From assembly GCA_013239625.1 (NCBI GenBank), contig MU054323.1, positions 9,393,186 to 9,457,185 of the forward strand: DNA of 64,000 nucleotides, read 5' to 3'. This DNA is from Lama guanicoe. Its lineage: Eukaryota. A program made the translations under genes and the position numbers. Positions within the stretch are counted from its first letter, which is position 1; every line of letters begins with the position of its first letter. The notes below the pieces were generated by a model. The model saw only the letters and a program-made list of their open reading frames with translations, was not told the DNA's origin and did no database searches. Positions 25,892 through 38,689 of the stretch are shown one piece after another.

Positions 25892-26914
25892 TAGTTTTTG
25901 AGTTTTTGTACTTGTGTTGATCTTCCCTTTATCTTTCTATTTTATAATTTTAGGTTTCTTTGGACAAGGTTTCTTACTGTACTTTTCAGATTCCTTGGTC
26001 CCTTATAGATAGTAATCTGACATAACCCTTACAGAATTTCCCCCAGGTGTCGGGCTAGTTTGTTGTTTATTTGTTTTTACATCCAGATTCCTGTCTGGGG
26101 GAAAAAACATTTCTATGACATGAGAATTCCAAAGGGCAGAGGGCATGGACCCTATGGAGCAAGTTCCTGGATTCATACTTCAGCAACCAAGGGAGCACAG
26201 TTTCCATCCTTTTAGGTGGAGGGGCATCTATCAAGAAGGCCAGCACCTTTTGGGTGCACTAGTGAACCATTATTGAACAAAATATTGTTGTCTGTTCACA
26301 TTACATATGTGTGTGTCCATGTGTGTGAACAGACTATGTGTGTAAAAGTGGCTGTCATTGGACATGAGGTCTCAGTAAGTGTATGTAACACAGGCTATTA
26401 GTCAACTTAGCAGCAGAAATGAGTGTGCCAGGTTGAACACAGTGCATTTTTTCACACAAAGTAGTTGAAAATTCAAGTCTGCATAATACAGAAATAGCTT
26501 TGTACAAGTCTAACACACACGTAAAGTATTGGTTTGAGCAAGCAAAGACAGTCTCCCATCCCAGCGACACTGGGGCTGTGACTAGTGCCAGCGAGTTGGA
26601 AAGCGGGGTGCCGTGAGCTGCCATACTTCATAAGTAAGGCCAGCTTCCACCATGGTGAGTGCCATTCTTCTCAGAATAGTGCATAATTAAGCCAAAGGTG
26701 AAAACTTTTTCACAAATTAAAAGCATGGCATTTGGAACCAGGGTCCCTGCTTACCATTGCCCACTGTGCCATTAACTTCATCTGTGCCTGTGAACTTGTC
26801 ACTGACCTTTTTTTTAACCTCAGTTTCTTCACCTCTGAATTGGCACACCCGTCTACCAGAGAAAGTATACGCTCCAGGAAGATGTGAGACTTTATTTTAT
26901 CCTTCTGAGGATAC

Positions 26915-27150
26915 CATTATGGGTAGAGGATAAAACGTTCTTTTGAGTCACACAGACTCTGGGTTCAAAGCTTCAGTGTACATATCTCCTTGACCACAGT
27001 TTAGCCCCTCTGAGCTTATTCCTTTATCTGTAAAAATGCAGCTCATAACACTTAACTTACTAGGTTGAAAGAAGTATAAGAAGTAGTGTATGCAAGATCA
27101 CAAGACAGAGGACTTTCATGCTTCACAAGGGCTCAGAATGAGCTTTTCTT
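26915..27150 (+). mobile_element. MIR SINE
   Basis: ttttgagtcacacagactctgggttcaaag...cctctgagcttattcctttatctgtaaaaatg; a weaker MIR fragment lies at ~26730-26840. Confidence 0.7.
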
Positions 27151-27404
27151 CCTTTTGCAAGTCCTACAAATACTCGCTATGGAAAATGGACATGGTGTAT
27201 TTGGTTAGAATGTTTCCTCTTTATGATTATCTACATGTCCTACCCTTAAACCTAGATGGGAGATGAAGATGGTAAAAAGATGAACTAGATAATTGCTATT
27301 TTTGTCAGAAGGAATGAGGAAATTATGTCTGTTGCAGCCATAGTTTAGAGCATTTGTAACCTGATTCCACAGTTGAATCATTCAACTTTCTGACAAAAGA
27401 AATA

Positions 27405-27990
27405 CATCTCAACTTCTGTTTCTCCTAGTAGGTAAGATTAAGTACCTGAACAACTCTCTGGCTAAAAACTCTAGAAATTAAATCAGGTAAAATAAAAACC
27501 AAAAGGAAGTAACATCCTCCAAGGCCAGAAGTAATGTTTAAGCAGGAATCCAGTGGAGTGAGTTAGCATTCAAGTCAGCTTTCAGCCCAGAGCCATCTAC
27601 CTATACATGATGTCCTTGGATTTGGGTTCTGAAAACTTGCTGAACGTAGGGAGCAGGAGGAAAGTCCAAGGTTTTGCCCAAGGTGAGGGGTCGAATAAGA
27701 GGTATCCATAAAAACCTGGGACCCCCAAAGTGCCATCCCCTCCATGTAAGGATAAATGAGAAAGGAATCTGTAATACAGAAGGGGACAGCAAGGAAACAT
27801 GCCTGCCATCCCCTTGGTGTTGGGTAGAAGGGAGCAAAAACTCTTTTCCTGAGAATTCACCACCACAGGCAGGCTTCAAGCAAGTTTGCAACCAGCGTTT
27901 ACACCGTCAGACAGGCTAAAAACCTTTAACCAAAGAATTTCCTTTAACATGGTTTTGGACGGTTGGTACCCAGGCTGCCTTCCTGGTCCA
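27405..27990 (+). mobile_element. Ancient L1 5'-end fragment (L1ME-like)
   Basis: acttctgtttctcctagtaggtaagattaagtacctgaacaactctctggctaaaaactctagaaat...ggtaaaata resembles old L1M 5' ends. Confidence 0.45.
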
Positions 27991-28904
27991 CATCCAAAGC
28001 ACCTGCCCCCTCCTTACTTTCCTTGCATTTAGCCCAAGTGACTAGATACCAGGAAAGCCTGAGACTGGGTCTTCTCTTGACCTTCAGGTATTAGAGTTGA
28101 TAGTTGGTTACAATATTCTTCATTAATATCAGTCTTACCTCAGGCCTTTAGGTAAGCAGAGACTCACTGTGACATCTATAATCTTTGGTCTTGACCTGCA
28201 GAATACAAAGGAAAGAGAGACAAAAAGAGAGAAAAGGAGACTTTTTTTATGCCCTAACTATATTAGAAATCAATTCTGATGGTAATAACCCCCTAAAATG
28301 AACAAACACAAAGCAGGCCCTTCGTGGGCTTTAGGGATGGAGGCCAGGGGAGTGTGGATTAAGAGTGTGGTCATTTTGCCAGCAGGACAGAGAGGGGAGC
28401 ATTCTGACCAGAGCAAAACCCCTGGGAAGGCAGGCTCAGGAGTGCCCACAGTTTAGGCCTGACTTTTTAATAATCAGATAGAATTCGGGGCTTGCTGGCT
28501 CCAATTTGTGTCCGTGTTCCCATGGTTCTGTTCCAGCATGGTTTCTGCCTTGTCTTTGCGACTCTTGGATTCGTTTTTATAATGCAGTGCTAATCCCTTT
28601 GCTGGGTCAGCACTGAGGGCAAACAATTGATTTTGGAAGCACTGTGCCAACTGGTGTAATCCCAGAAGCAAGGTGGCGTGTGTTACATTACATGCTGAAT
28701 TGACTTCTTGGCTGACACACAGCCTCTGCTCTTTCATTACGTGCTTGTAGCAAGTTGCATGTTTTACATGCGTATTCTTGGCTAGGCTGGCACAGGTTAG
28801 TGCCACCCAGCTCTTCCCGTTCCCAGCCTGTATTTGCTGTTTGGGCAGTGGTGGGTTTTTCTAGCAGAATACAGTCTTTATTTCTAAATGTAAAAGTTTC
28901 ATGA

Positions 28905-28990
28905 ATAACTTCGTCTACTACTGTACACCCCACTCCTGGAATTGTGCTTGGCAGATAGTGAGCACTCAATACATTTTCTGAACGAATTAT
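28905..28990 (+). mobile_element. LINE-2 3' terminus
   Basis: gtgcttggcagatagtgagcactcaatacattttctgaacgaat. Confidence 0.65.
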
Positions 28991-30044
28991 TATTTTTATA
29001 GACTATAGTTGAAGTCCAGAGGATAGAACTGAGACTAGGTATTTGTTATGGAGATCAGGAATCAGTGTCTTAAGTTGACTGGGGAAGAGCTCGGAGGGGT
29101 TGTGTTGTCCCTTTAGTTGGCAGGAAAGCAAGTGAGGAGCAGAGAACCAGCTAGTGTGCTGGGTCAAGGTCAGCAGATTGGGTTCTAGGAAGGTAGCTGC
29201 ATGCAGCCATTGAGTTTCATGAGCCTGTAACTGATGAGTTTCTGGCCAAAACTTGGAAGCCATTGTCAGTAGACGTCGAACAAAATGCCCTGGACAATAA
29301 GACAGACGTATGTGCTCTTTCCCTAGACTGACACTAAAGCAGGGCATTGGGAGGGCTGGCTGGTTCCACACACCCTGTTAATTTGTAAAGTCAATATTAA
29401 GAAACCCCTGTTCATTCCGTACGTGTTAAGAAAAATGAACTGCTAATCACAGTTTGCACTGCTGTCTTCTCTACTAAAGTGTGAAATGTGCCTTTTAGGG
29501 AAATATGTGTTTTACGCTTGTTTACCTTCTTCGTGGTTGATTGAGAATGTACTTTCCGAACAGGCCTTTCTATCTCCTAGGCTATTGACAGTGCACGATG
29601 CTAAAAGGAGAAGGCAGGACAAAAGGTTGGATCTTTTCACTACATTCCTTTCCCTCATCAGTCATTGCTGAGTCCTCTGTGTGCACTTTTCACAGATCAT
29701 CATTCACCATTTGCCTCTCACTAAGCCCAAGTGTCTCTCTGCTGAATGTTTTTGTGTCTTATTACCCTCTACTAATGCAAGGCTAAAAAGGCTAATTTGT
29801 TAGAGAAATGAATGAAATATAATGTTATCTATAGATATTAACCCTCTTTTTCACTCTCTGTTAATAAAAGCAGTGCGTTCATTTCAGATGGAAGAAGGGA
29901 ACACGAAATCTCCATTTCTAACCATACTGTACACTTACTCAGTTAGCCAGAGGGGTCAAGTGCACATTAGTAGGCAGCTGGGAGTTTGCCGAAGCCATTA
30001 ATTGGCCTCGCCATCTATAAATAATAGTTTAAATAATTTCCTCT

Positions 30045-30191
30045 TCTCCCCATCCCTACCTCCTCCCCAACCCCACCTGTCCCCTGCGTCCTTTGTCCCC
30101 CCTCCTTCCTTCCCTTCCCTTCTTGTGTCTCCTCTCTCCCTACCCCCATCCCCTCTCCCTTCTCCTCTGCTTTAAGAAGTAACTTTTCTCT
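30045..30191. repeat. Dispersed direct repeat, copy 1 (polypyrimidine, 147 bp)
   Basis: Identical to 31592-31741 except one substitution and a C5 vs C8 run. Confidence 0.97.
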
Positions 30192-31591
30192 TACTCTTCT
30201 TACTGAAACAGCCAATCAAATTCAAACAATAGGTAGTAGCATCATTGACCTTTCCAAAAATAGACTAGAAGTACAAGGTTTGGCTTTTGTTATTAAAAAA
30301 TCTAGGCTGTTTACAAGTTTACCAAATTTTCTGGGTTTTTTTCATTTGGGGTGGGGGGTAGGTGGTAAATTTCACTAATAACCAAGGAGTTATGTCCTGT
30401 GCACCTTTTTAAAAAAAGCAGTAAGCTATTCAGTATTAAAATGTCTTTTTTGTTGTTGTTTTTAAGGATTTAACTATAAGAAAAGGAATCCTAGTATTAT
30501 ACAATGAGGATGGCAAAAATAAACAAGATGCCAGATTTTAGAAATGAATCTGAATTTCGTATTCTTTGGTCCTAATATCACATAATGATTGTTTTTACCC
30601 AAAAATACCATATGGCTAATGTGGACCCAATCTCCTCAACATTTGTTTGCTGCCTTACGCACACATTTTCATTTATATTTCTTTTTTTATATATGGGAGC
30701 TTCGAGTAGGATGCCAAGAGAGATGATATTTTTGAGGAAGCCAGTGCCCACTCGAAGAGGAAATGATGGATGGTAGCCTATGTGTTACACGGTGCTCTAA
30801 ATCTCGGTGTGCGTAAGGAGCAGCCTTTGGTTTATGTCTTCAGTTGTCACCAAGAGACCACTGTTAATTTTGCTTAAAAGTGCTTCTGTTGTGTTCCGGT
30901 GGATTTTTAATACAAAGGGGAAGCAAGAAAAAAAAAATCAAGAACAAGTATGGCCAAACTCTTAAGATCTGGCTCTGTCAGGAGTTTCATCTCCATTTTG
31001 TAGCCTCATCTAATCCACAATAGTTTCTTGCCAGGGATTTCTTAAGTTTTGAGACTTACAAAGACGCTGGCAACAAACTGCAGTGCATCAGCAGGAACAG
31101 GTTGCAAAATGAAGACAAAGCCTCTGGCAGGACACAGAGGACCAGTAGAGGCCTGGGTGCAATACAGAGCTGGAGCCCTGACTGGTGAAAGATCACCGTG
31201 GTCACCGTTCAGATACAGAGACGGGATGTTCCTCCGCTGGGGGAATCATGTGGGTTGAGCCGCCAGGCCGGTTGGCCAGGGAAATAATCAAGAACAGCAG
31301 GCCAGGGGCATCCTTTGCCAGAGGAACTTAAGAGCTTTAGAACTGAGAGTGCCCAGCGGTCTCAGAACAATCCCTGGATGCAGTTCACCCCTCCATTCTG
31401 ATAAGGAGCCTGAGATCAGCTTGAAAAGCACTACTGGGTCAGAGAAGGGAAATAAATCCGAGGGAAGATACCAGAAACATAGTTTAAATACTCCTTTATG
31501 GAGTACAGTCCATGTCCAGGGTGCTTACTGTGTTCCTAATGTCGGATTCCTTTAGCCTTGCTCTACCAGCAGTTCTCAACTTTGACCCTTC

Positions 31592-31741
31592 TCTCCCCAT
31601 CCCTTCCTCCTCCCCAACCCCACCTGTCCCCTGCGTCCTTTGTCCCCCCTCCTTCCTTCCCTTCCCTTCTTGTGTCTCCTCTCTCCCTACCCCCCCCATC
31701 CCCTCTCCCTTCTCCTCTGCTTTAAGAAGTAACTTTTCTCT
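31592..31741. repeat. Dispersed direct repeat, copy 2 (polypyrimidine, 150 bp)
   Basis: tctccccatccc...ctttaagaagtaacttttctct shared with 30045-30191. Confidence 0.97.
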
Positions 31742-32679
31742 AAATAGCTTTATCAAGGGCTGCTTATATTGTTACAGTGTTAAGTAACAAGTTCCTCAAA
31801 GGATAGAAAATTCTACTTTAATTTCAGCATCTAGTTGCTTCAGAAACAGCAGGGTGAATTGGATTTGCCAAAGTTGGACTTAGTATTATTGCTTTAGTTT
31901 ATGTGTTAGGGACATTTTAGTTGGGGCTTTTGTCAATTTAGTATGTACAGCTGGAGGAAGAGTAGGACGTGGCATGATTTAACTTGTCCATAATATTATT
32001 TTTAAATATCCAAAAGAAAAAACTGAATCCACAAGTACAAATAATCAAAACTCTTATCCTTTCTTTAGACGTAATGGAAAAAAAAAAGAGAAAATAAAAG
32101 CAAAAAGAAAGAAAAAGAGACAAGTATAATAAAAATCTTTAACAGGTAATACAAATCAAAACCTGTAAAACACGATACAAATATGTGCCTTTAGCACTTC
32201 CAACATGGGGGGACATTCTCCCATTTTTTTACTGCTGCTGATTATGACAAAGAATTGGCATATATTTTATACCTTAACCTCACCTGTGTCCTCACACCCC
32301 GACATAAATAATAACCTTCTTGCTGATAAATCATTGTGGGACACCTCCTGTCTCATGCATGGGGTAATGATGTGCCAAAATTAACACATTCCAGAATTAG
32401 GAAAGTCAAAATGAAGTGTCAGAGTGAGAGAAGGTGTCCGGTTGTACTTTGACCTTTATAATGAATTCACTTAGTTTACTTTTAAGTCTCTGTAAATATG
32501 TTCCTATAGGGCTGCCTTATATTTTAGGATCTAGGTTTCTCATTTCAAAACATCTATCAATTCATTCCATAAGAAAAGGGCTTATCTGTGGAGCATTCTT
32601 ACAGCTCGGCCAGACTGCTCTTCTGGGAAGGCCATGCCATTTAGAGTCTCATCGGGCAGTCCTGGAGGATGCTCGCTGC

Positions 32680-33010
32680 TGCACATCCTTGCCAACACTT
32701 TCTATTATATGACTTTATAACTTTTGCCAATTTTTATGACATCTTGCTTTAGTTTTTATTTCTCTGATTACTAGTAGGTAGATCATCACTTTGTTTGCTT
32801 TTACCCATGTAAGTTTTCCCTTCTGTGAATTGCCTGTTCATATTTTGGGCCTATTTTTACATTATTTCTTATCTTGTTAATTTGCTGGAGTTCCTTACAT
32901 ATTTTAGTTTTTAATCCCATGTTTTAGTCTTTGCCATTCTGTTCTCCCTGCATGTTACCTCTGTGTTCATTTTGTCTGTTATGTCCCTCTTTGAACACAA
33001 ATCCTTATTT
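32680..33010 (-). mobile_element. Old L1 ORF2 3' fragment
   Basis: cacatccttgccaacact...atttctctgattactagt...cttctgtgaattgcctgttcatat. Confidence 0.75.
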
Positions 33011-33469
33011 ATTCTATTTATATTTTTGTAGCTGTCTGGGAAAAATGTAATTTTGTGTTTGCATCGAGCTAGAGATTGGCAACAGATGGTATGGAAATTA
33101 TCTTGGCGAGGTCATGACCTTAGAGAATTCAAGAACCAGCCTGATGTCTGAGACAGAAGCAGTGTGCAAGATGCATTACCCAGGAACTTTTAGGGACACT
33201 AAGCACGAGGGCCCACCAGTGCTTGAGTCATCTGTGGGGCTCGTACTGGCTCTTGGGAATATCTTTTCAACAGTGCCACTTCCAGATTAGGTTGGTAAAA
33301 ACCCTCTTTTTACCAGCTTCTCTAGTCACTCTCTTCTTCAGCCAACGTGACTCACCAAGTCACTGAATTGAAGACAGCTGCCCAGGACAGTCAATCAAGC
33401 ATGCACCCAATTCTTCATGAGAGCTTTTGGTGTGATAAGACACTGGGGTCGGGTGGTGTTACTGCAGCA

Positions 33470-33600
33470 TTTCCTAACCTATCCTAACTAATAAAGTAAG
33501 TACTCTTATCATCCCTCATTTTTACAGATTAAGAAGGCACAGAGATTAACTTTCTCACATTTGTGTAAGTCTGACTCCAGAGCCCACCATTCTAGCTTCA
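33470..33600 (-). mobile_element. MIR fragment
   Basis: tatcatccctcatttttacagattaagaaggcacagaga...tctgactccagagccca. Confidence 0.7.
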
Positions 33601-34019
33601 ATGCAGTTTTTCCTGTGAAATTAATGAGATCTTAAAATTCAACTGGCTGAGGTCCCAACTTGTTTGTAGAGTATGGAGTGAAGTTAAGTAACTTTGCTTG
33701 TTTTAATTAAATAGACATTACCAATCTGTGGCATTTATATGTACCTGGCTTACAGCTACAATGGATGAATATAAATTTATTCCTCCTAAAAAACACTAGA
33801 ATAATTTGGCTATTTCTAGAGGAGTATATATTTTGTCAACACTTCACCTTTCTAAAATGATAAAAATTATATTCTGACTTTCTTTTCAAATTGGGTAGTT
33901 TGTTTAGATTATTCCATGGAAAATATATTAGGACTCAGGAAAGCTTTCATGTAGGGCAGACGTGGAAAGATAAAATTTTGAAGGCTGGTGGGGTTTCCAA
34001 GTGAAAGAGTCTGAAATGA

Positions 34020-34160
34020 GCAAATGCATTCATTTTCCAATATTTGTTGAGCACCTGCTCTGTCTCAGCTGCTCTTCTGGGTCCTCAGGACAGATATTTG
34101 AGCAATCCAGACAAAAGTCTGTGTCCTCGTGGTGCTTATATTCTAGCAAAGGTAGGAAAG
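34020..34160 (-). mobile_element. LINE-2 3' terminus
   Basis: cattcattttccaatatttgttgagcacctgctctgt...gtcctcgtggtgcttatattctag. Confidence 0.75.
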
Positions 34161-34839
34161 AATAAGGCAGGTATTTGCAAAACCACCAAGTTACAGCAGA
34201 GGAAGTAAAGCTCAGAGGTAGATGGGTAGCCTAGGGAACCTTGAATGCCAGCCTGAGGAATTTGTATGTAATTCAGCCAGAAGAAGAGAGAGCCAGGAGT
34301 CTCCTCTCAGGATGACCTGATCAGAGCTGTAGAACAAGACGCCATTCCACAGGTGGAATTCAGGAATATTAATTAGAAAGATGAGGAGAGTAACTAGAAT
34401 TGTTGACATCTTCCCTGAATCTACATTTTTCTTCTGGGTTCTTGATGGTGACAGTGCTGATTATGGCACAACCATGGTGATGACGATGGTGATACTGTTA
34501 CTGCTCCATGAGATGGCACTGGGGCCTAAGGCACCTCCCCCCAACACACACACCCCGTGCTCCACTTGTCCATCTGCTCTTGTTGCCAAGCCAGTGCTCT
34601 TTAGCACATTCCTCAAGCCGGAAGAAGGGGCATCTTTTTGTCATTCATCTTCAGGGGAGGGACATGTGTCTTTTGATAATTTTCATAAAGATTCCTGATC
34701 TGCCTGCAGCAGCCCTAATTAAGTGGCAGTGCTAGGATTTGACTCCAGCCCTATTGACAAACCCTGTGTGATTTTGCCACTATTTACTACTATTACAGCA
34801 ACTGCCTCTATTATTACTACTACAAGGGGGAAGAGAGGG

Positions 34840-35030
34840 AAGGAATAGCATCTGACATTCCTTGAATGCTTGCCGTGTGCCAAGCACAGCCATCAGCGAT
34901 GCACATGTGTTGTTTCATTGGATCTTCAGGGTCTCCCTGTGAGAGAGGTACTGAAACTAGCTCATTAAGTGGCAGAACGGGCATTGAAGACAATCTTTCT
35001 GACTCCAAATCTGAGAGCTTACCTGCTATG
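34840..35030 (-). mobile_element. MIR fragment
   Basis: ttgaatgcttgccgtgtgccaagcac...taagtggcagaacgggcattgaa...tctgactccaaatc. Confidence 0.65.
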
Positions 35031-37639
35031 GTAGTGTCTCTCCTGACTGCTTAAGGGTGAAGTACCTCTGAAAACACGATTGCTGCACTATTAGAAGTCA
35101 AAGAAAACAACGACAACACATTTTTAAAGCAACAGACTTGACCAGGGTGTAGCAGTAGTCCAGTACTCTGTCAATAAATGTTTCACTTGATTTGTGCACA
35201 CAACCATCTTGAATGCTGGCACTTGAGGGAAACAAAAATAAGGTTGAATTCGAGGACACTATAAAAATAAAGGTTGTTGTGAAGACTCTGATGGTTCTTT
35301 CTGGACACTTCTAAGAGAGTTCAGTTCGGTGCTATTGGCTGACTGTTAATCAGGTCTGATTTCACTTCCTTTCCCATAACGTGAGTATAGGTCTAGTTCA
35401 CTGCTCAATCCTGGTAGCTTCTCCTCTGTGATTTAGGTCCCTGGTTCCTGCTGTTATTGTTTTCATCTTGCTTTGCTTGTTTTCTTCATGGAACAGAGAG
35501 AAAAATACATTTTTCTTGAGGCAGTTCATTAAGAGTTGTGAGTGAGAGGGAGAGGTGTTAAAGACCCGTGTGTGTGTGTGTACACGTACACCTGTGAGAG
35601 GGGGATTGCTCACCTGCAGATTTCACTGAACTGTGATGGATTCTTCTGGCAGGTAGGCAGCTCCGAGCACTTTTCTTCAGAGTTCATGCTGGTCCAGAAC
35701 AGCCTGGCCGTGATCAGAACACTCAGAATGAAACAGGGAGCCCAGCTCACGACTCTGTGTCCACAGCAGGCCGTTTATGTTTATGGAACATTTCTTAACT
35801 GGGTGTTGCTATTTAGGAAAAAAAAAAGCTAAATTGTTGAGTTCGTTTTTTTCAAGTACGGTAGGACAGTGGTTTTAAAACCTTAATTTTTTTTTTAAGT
35901 TAGCAGAAATACCTGCCTTTTCCAACCCCAATCTGTACAGTTTAGAATCAGGACCCAGTCTGGTTGGGCCTTTGCTTATTACTCAGTCTTTCTGATGTCC
36001 AAAAAGGGTCCCTGATCACTGCTTTTGAGACAGATTCTTCTTTTATTGTACCTTTCCCACAATTTCAGTTTTCTTTTTTTTTTCCTTGCATAGCTCCTTG
36101 AGTGTTCACCCTCTTCTCCTCTTCTTCAGACCATTATGTAAGTTCCTAAGCAGCTATAGCCAGCTAACAGTTTTATACTCCTCCTGTTTACATGGGATCT
36201 GGCAAACGTAGCAGGTGAGCCTAGGGCTCTGGAGTTGACAACTGGGATAATGGGGTAGCAGCCTCTAACAAAGTGTTTGATGAAACTGATTGATGATCAG
36301 TTTCACTTCTCTTTCTTTTTTGACCCTTGGCCCCTTTCTCCAATGGGAAACAGGAAGCATGGGCAGGTGGTTCTAGTCACAACTCTGCCTTCACTGGCTT
36401 TGTGTTATCGGGCAAATCTTTTCACGTGTTTGGGTCTCAGTTTCCTGAAATGTACAGTGAGGCTAAATTAGGTCTGAGGGTCCCTAACTAAGTTATTTGC
36501 ACGATTCACTGCTGAGTTGGTCACAGTTATTGTGACACCCCATTCCCACAGCTCAGAGAGGCTTTACTTGCTAAATGTGGACTCCCTGGCTGTGGGTATC
36601 CATAGCAGGAAGTCATCATCACTCTCTCCCGATTCTTCCTCAGAGTGGAGTTGGAGTTGGGGTGATGGTTACTTTGTTTATCTCTCAGGCAGGGTTGTTT
36701 TCGATCCTGGCTGCACTGGGTGGGGAAGGTTCTGATTACCTATTAGCGATCTGCCAGGATTGACATCCCATAGATTGAGGGTGGAGACTTGGTCAATAAG
36801 AGACACTTTGGACTTTAGCCTGATCTTCAGATTCCCTATAGAAGGTGTGGCCTTGGGGGAAAGGGTTACCTTGATAAGGAACAGAAAAAAATTTTAAGTT
36901 TCTAGACACTGACTTACAAGCATTGCTAACTGGGAGAGAGGAGGGAAGTTCTGCCAGATTAGTAGAAGGTGATGTACATACCGTAATCGTGCTGGTATTG
37001 TTGTCACATTCATTCATTCAGCATACATTCACTGAACAGCTGTGTGTCCATACTTGGCAGCCATCAAGGGTTCTGTATTCCTCAGGGCCAATACTGGGGA
37101 CTGTTTGTTTTTACTTAGACATATGGCCTGCAGTTAGGGTTTCCTGCCATTAGGAGGTAGTGAGTTTTTGATTGTGCTGTATAATCCAATCCAAGGGGTT
37201 GGAATATATACATGGTTTACTTGAGACAGAGATTCTAGTGTGATTTTCCTTTTTAAAAATACAATTATTTCATAAAATAAGTAGCCTTAAACTCTCAGGC
37301 TAGATATCTGTATTTTAAAGTAATTGATGCTAAAGGGAAGCAGAAGTCTAGGTATAATTATGTACCTCGTTCACATACTTCTAACCTTTCTGATTGTTAA
37401 CCCAGTGGTTCCATGTCCACAGTGTCTAAAGAGGGACATTCTTCTCTTGCACTTCCTTCTGTAAATGTAGAAATCCTTGGGCTTATACATGGCTCATTGG
37501 CTCTGTGGTGTTGCCTAATATCATCCCATCTCTTCAATGTGTTAGCCTCTTGAAAAAGAAAAGCCTGCAGAGGGAGCTGGGTTAAGGGAGAGCCTCTCTT
37601 CCCTGGCTCTCCTCACCTGCTTTCCTGCCTTCTATTAAT

Positions 37640-37920
37640 TTAGAAGGTATTTGGTACTGCTTACGTGCCTGGGATGGAGCCAGGTCTTACAGCTACGAAG
37701 ATAAATAAGAAAGATGTGCTTTCCCCCCTGAGCTGCTCACAGCCTACGAGGAAGAACAGCATAGAAAATAGTGAATTATGCTGCACGTACACATGTGTAT
37801 GCTGCACGTGGAAAATGGTGTGTTTGCATCATGGATGAAGTGAACTAGAAGAACAGAAGAGACTGCCGGTACCTTGGGAAAGACGAGGGAGTGGGAGTGG
37901 GCATTACAGGAGGCCCTGGA
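37640..37920 (-). mobile_element. LINE-2 fragment (degenerate)
   Basis: tatttggtactgcttacgtgcctgg...aagataaataaga...cccctgagctgctcacagcctacg. Confidence 0.45.
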
Positions 37921-38689
37921 GTTCGCCCAGTGGCAAAGGTGGCAGCAGGAGATAGTATTTCACCTTCAAGGCTCAAGAAATGAGGAGGATGTCAAAAACA
38001 TGTGCTCCTCTGCTTTTTTTTTTTTTTAATGAAAAGGGATTTTCTCTTTTTTCCCCTTAAGAGAGAATTATAAAATGCAACGGAAAGGAAAAGCAAAGGC
38101 AGACAAAGCTCCCGCCTCCTAATAGTGCCAATGGAAACTCCTGGCTTAGGTGTTCCATGGAACTGAAGTACAGTAGCGAAGCTTAGTCATTAACTACTTT
38201 TGGCCAGTCCCTTAGGAATGAATCTCCAAAAGGGTAGAAAAAAGTACTTCCTCAGAGCAGATTCCTTGAAGTGATTATATATTTTTTAAACAAAACATTT
38301 AAAACATTTAAGCAGAACACTTAACAAAGATTTTGGAACAGAGATATAAAGTGATTTCATCTCAGTGTTAGCTCTTAATTCCTTATGCAAATGGACAGTG
38401 GTAAAGACTGTCCTTTGAAATAATTAAAATATTTTCAATCTCTTTTCAGAATGTGACCTATATGATTTGGTTCTCCAAGTTTACCATGCTGCTTTCCTTG
38501 GCTCAATAATAAAGTGAGTTTGCATTCCCTGAGCGTATAGTACCTTCAGAGGGTACCAGAGAATTTCATTCTAATATTGTCTGAATTTCCTGTTAGTTAC
38601 CAAAAAAGAGAGTAGTCAGGTTGGTTTTGAAAACTTAAAGACATCAACTGCTCTCTTTATATTGACTTAGATTGGGACTTATAAAAATA

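Noticed and set aside
30015..31787. Twin ORFs (REKLLLKAEEKGEGMG...) suggesting duplicated genes, or LTRs flanking an element
   Set aside because: These are translations of the duplicated pyrimidine tract. The repeats lack TG...CA ends, PBS/PPT and internal coding sequence.
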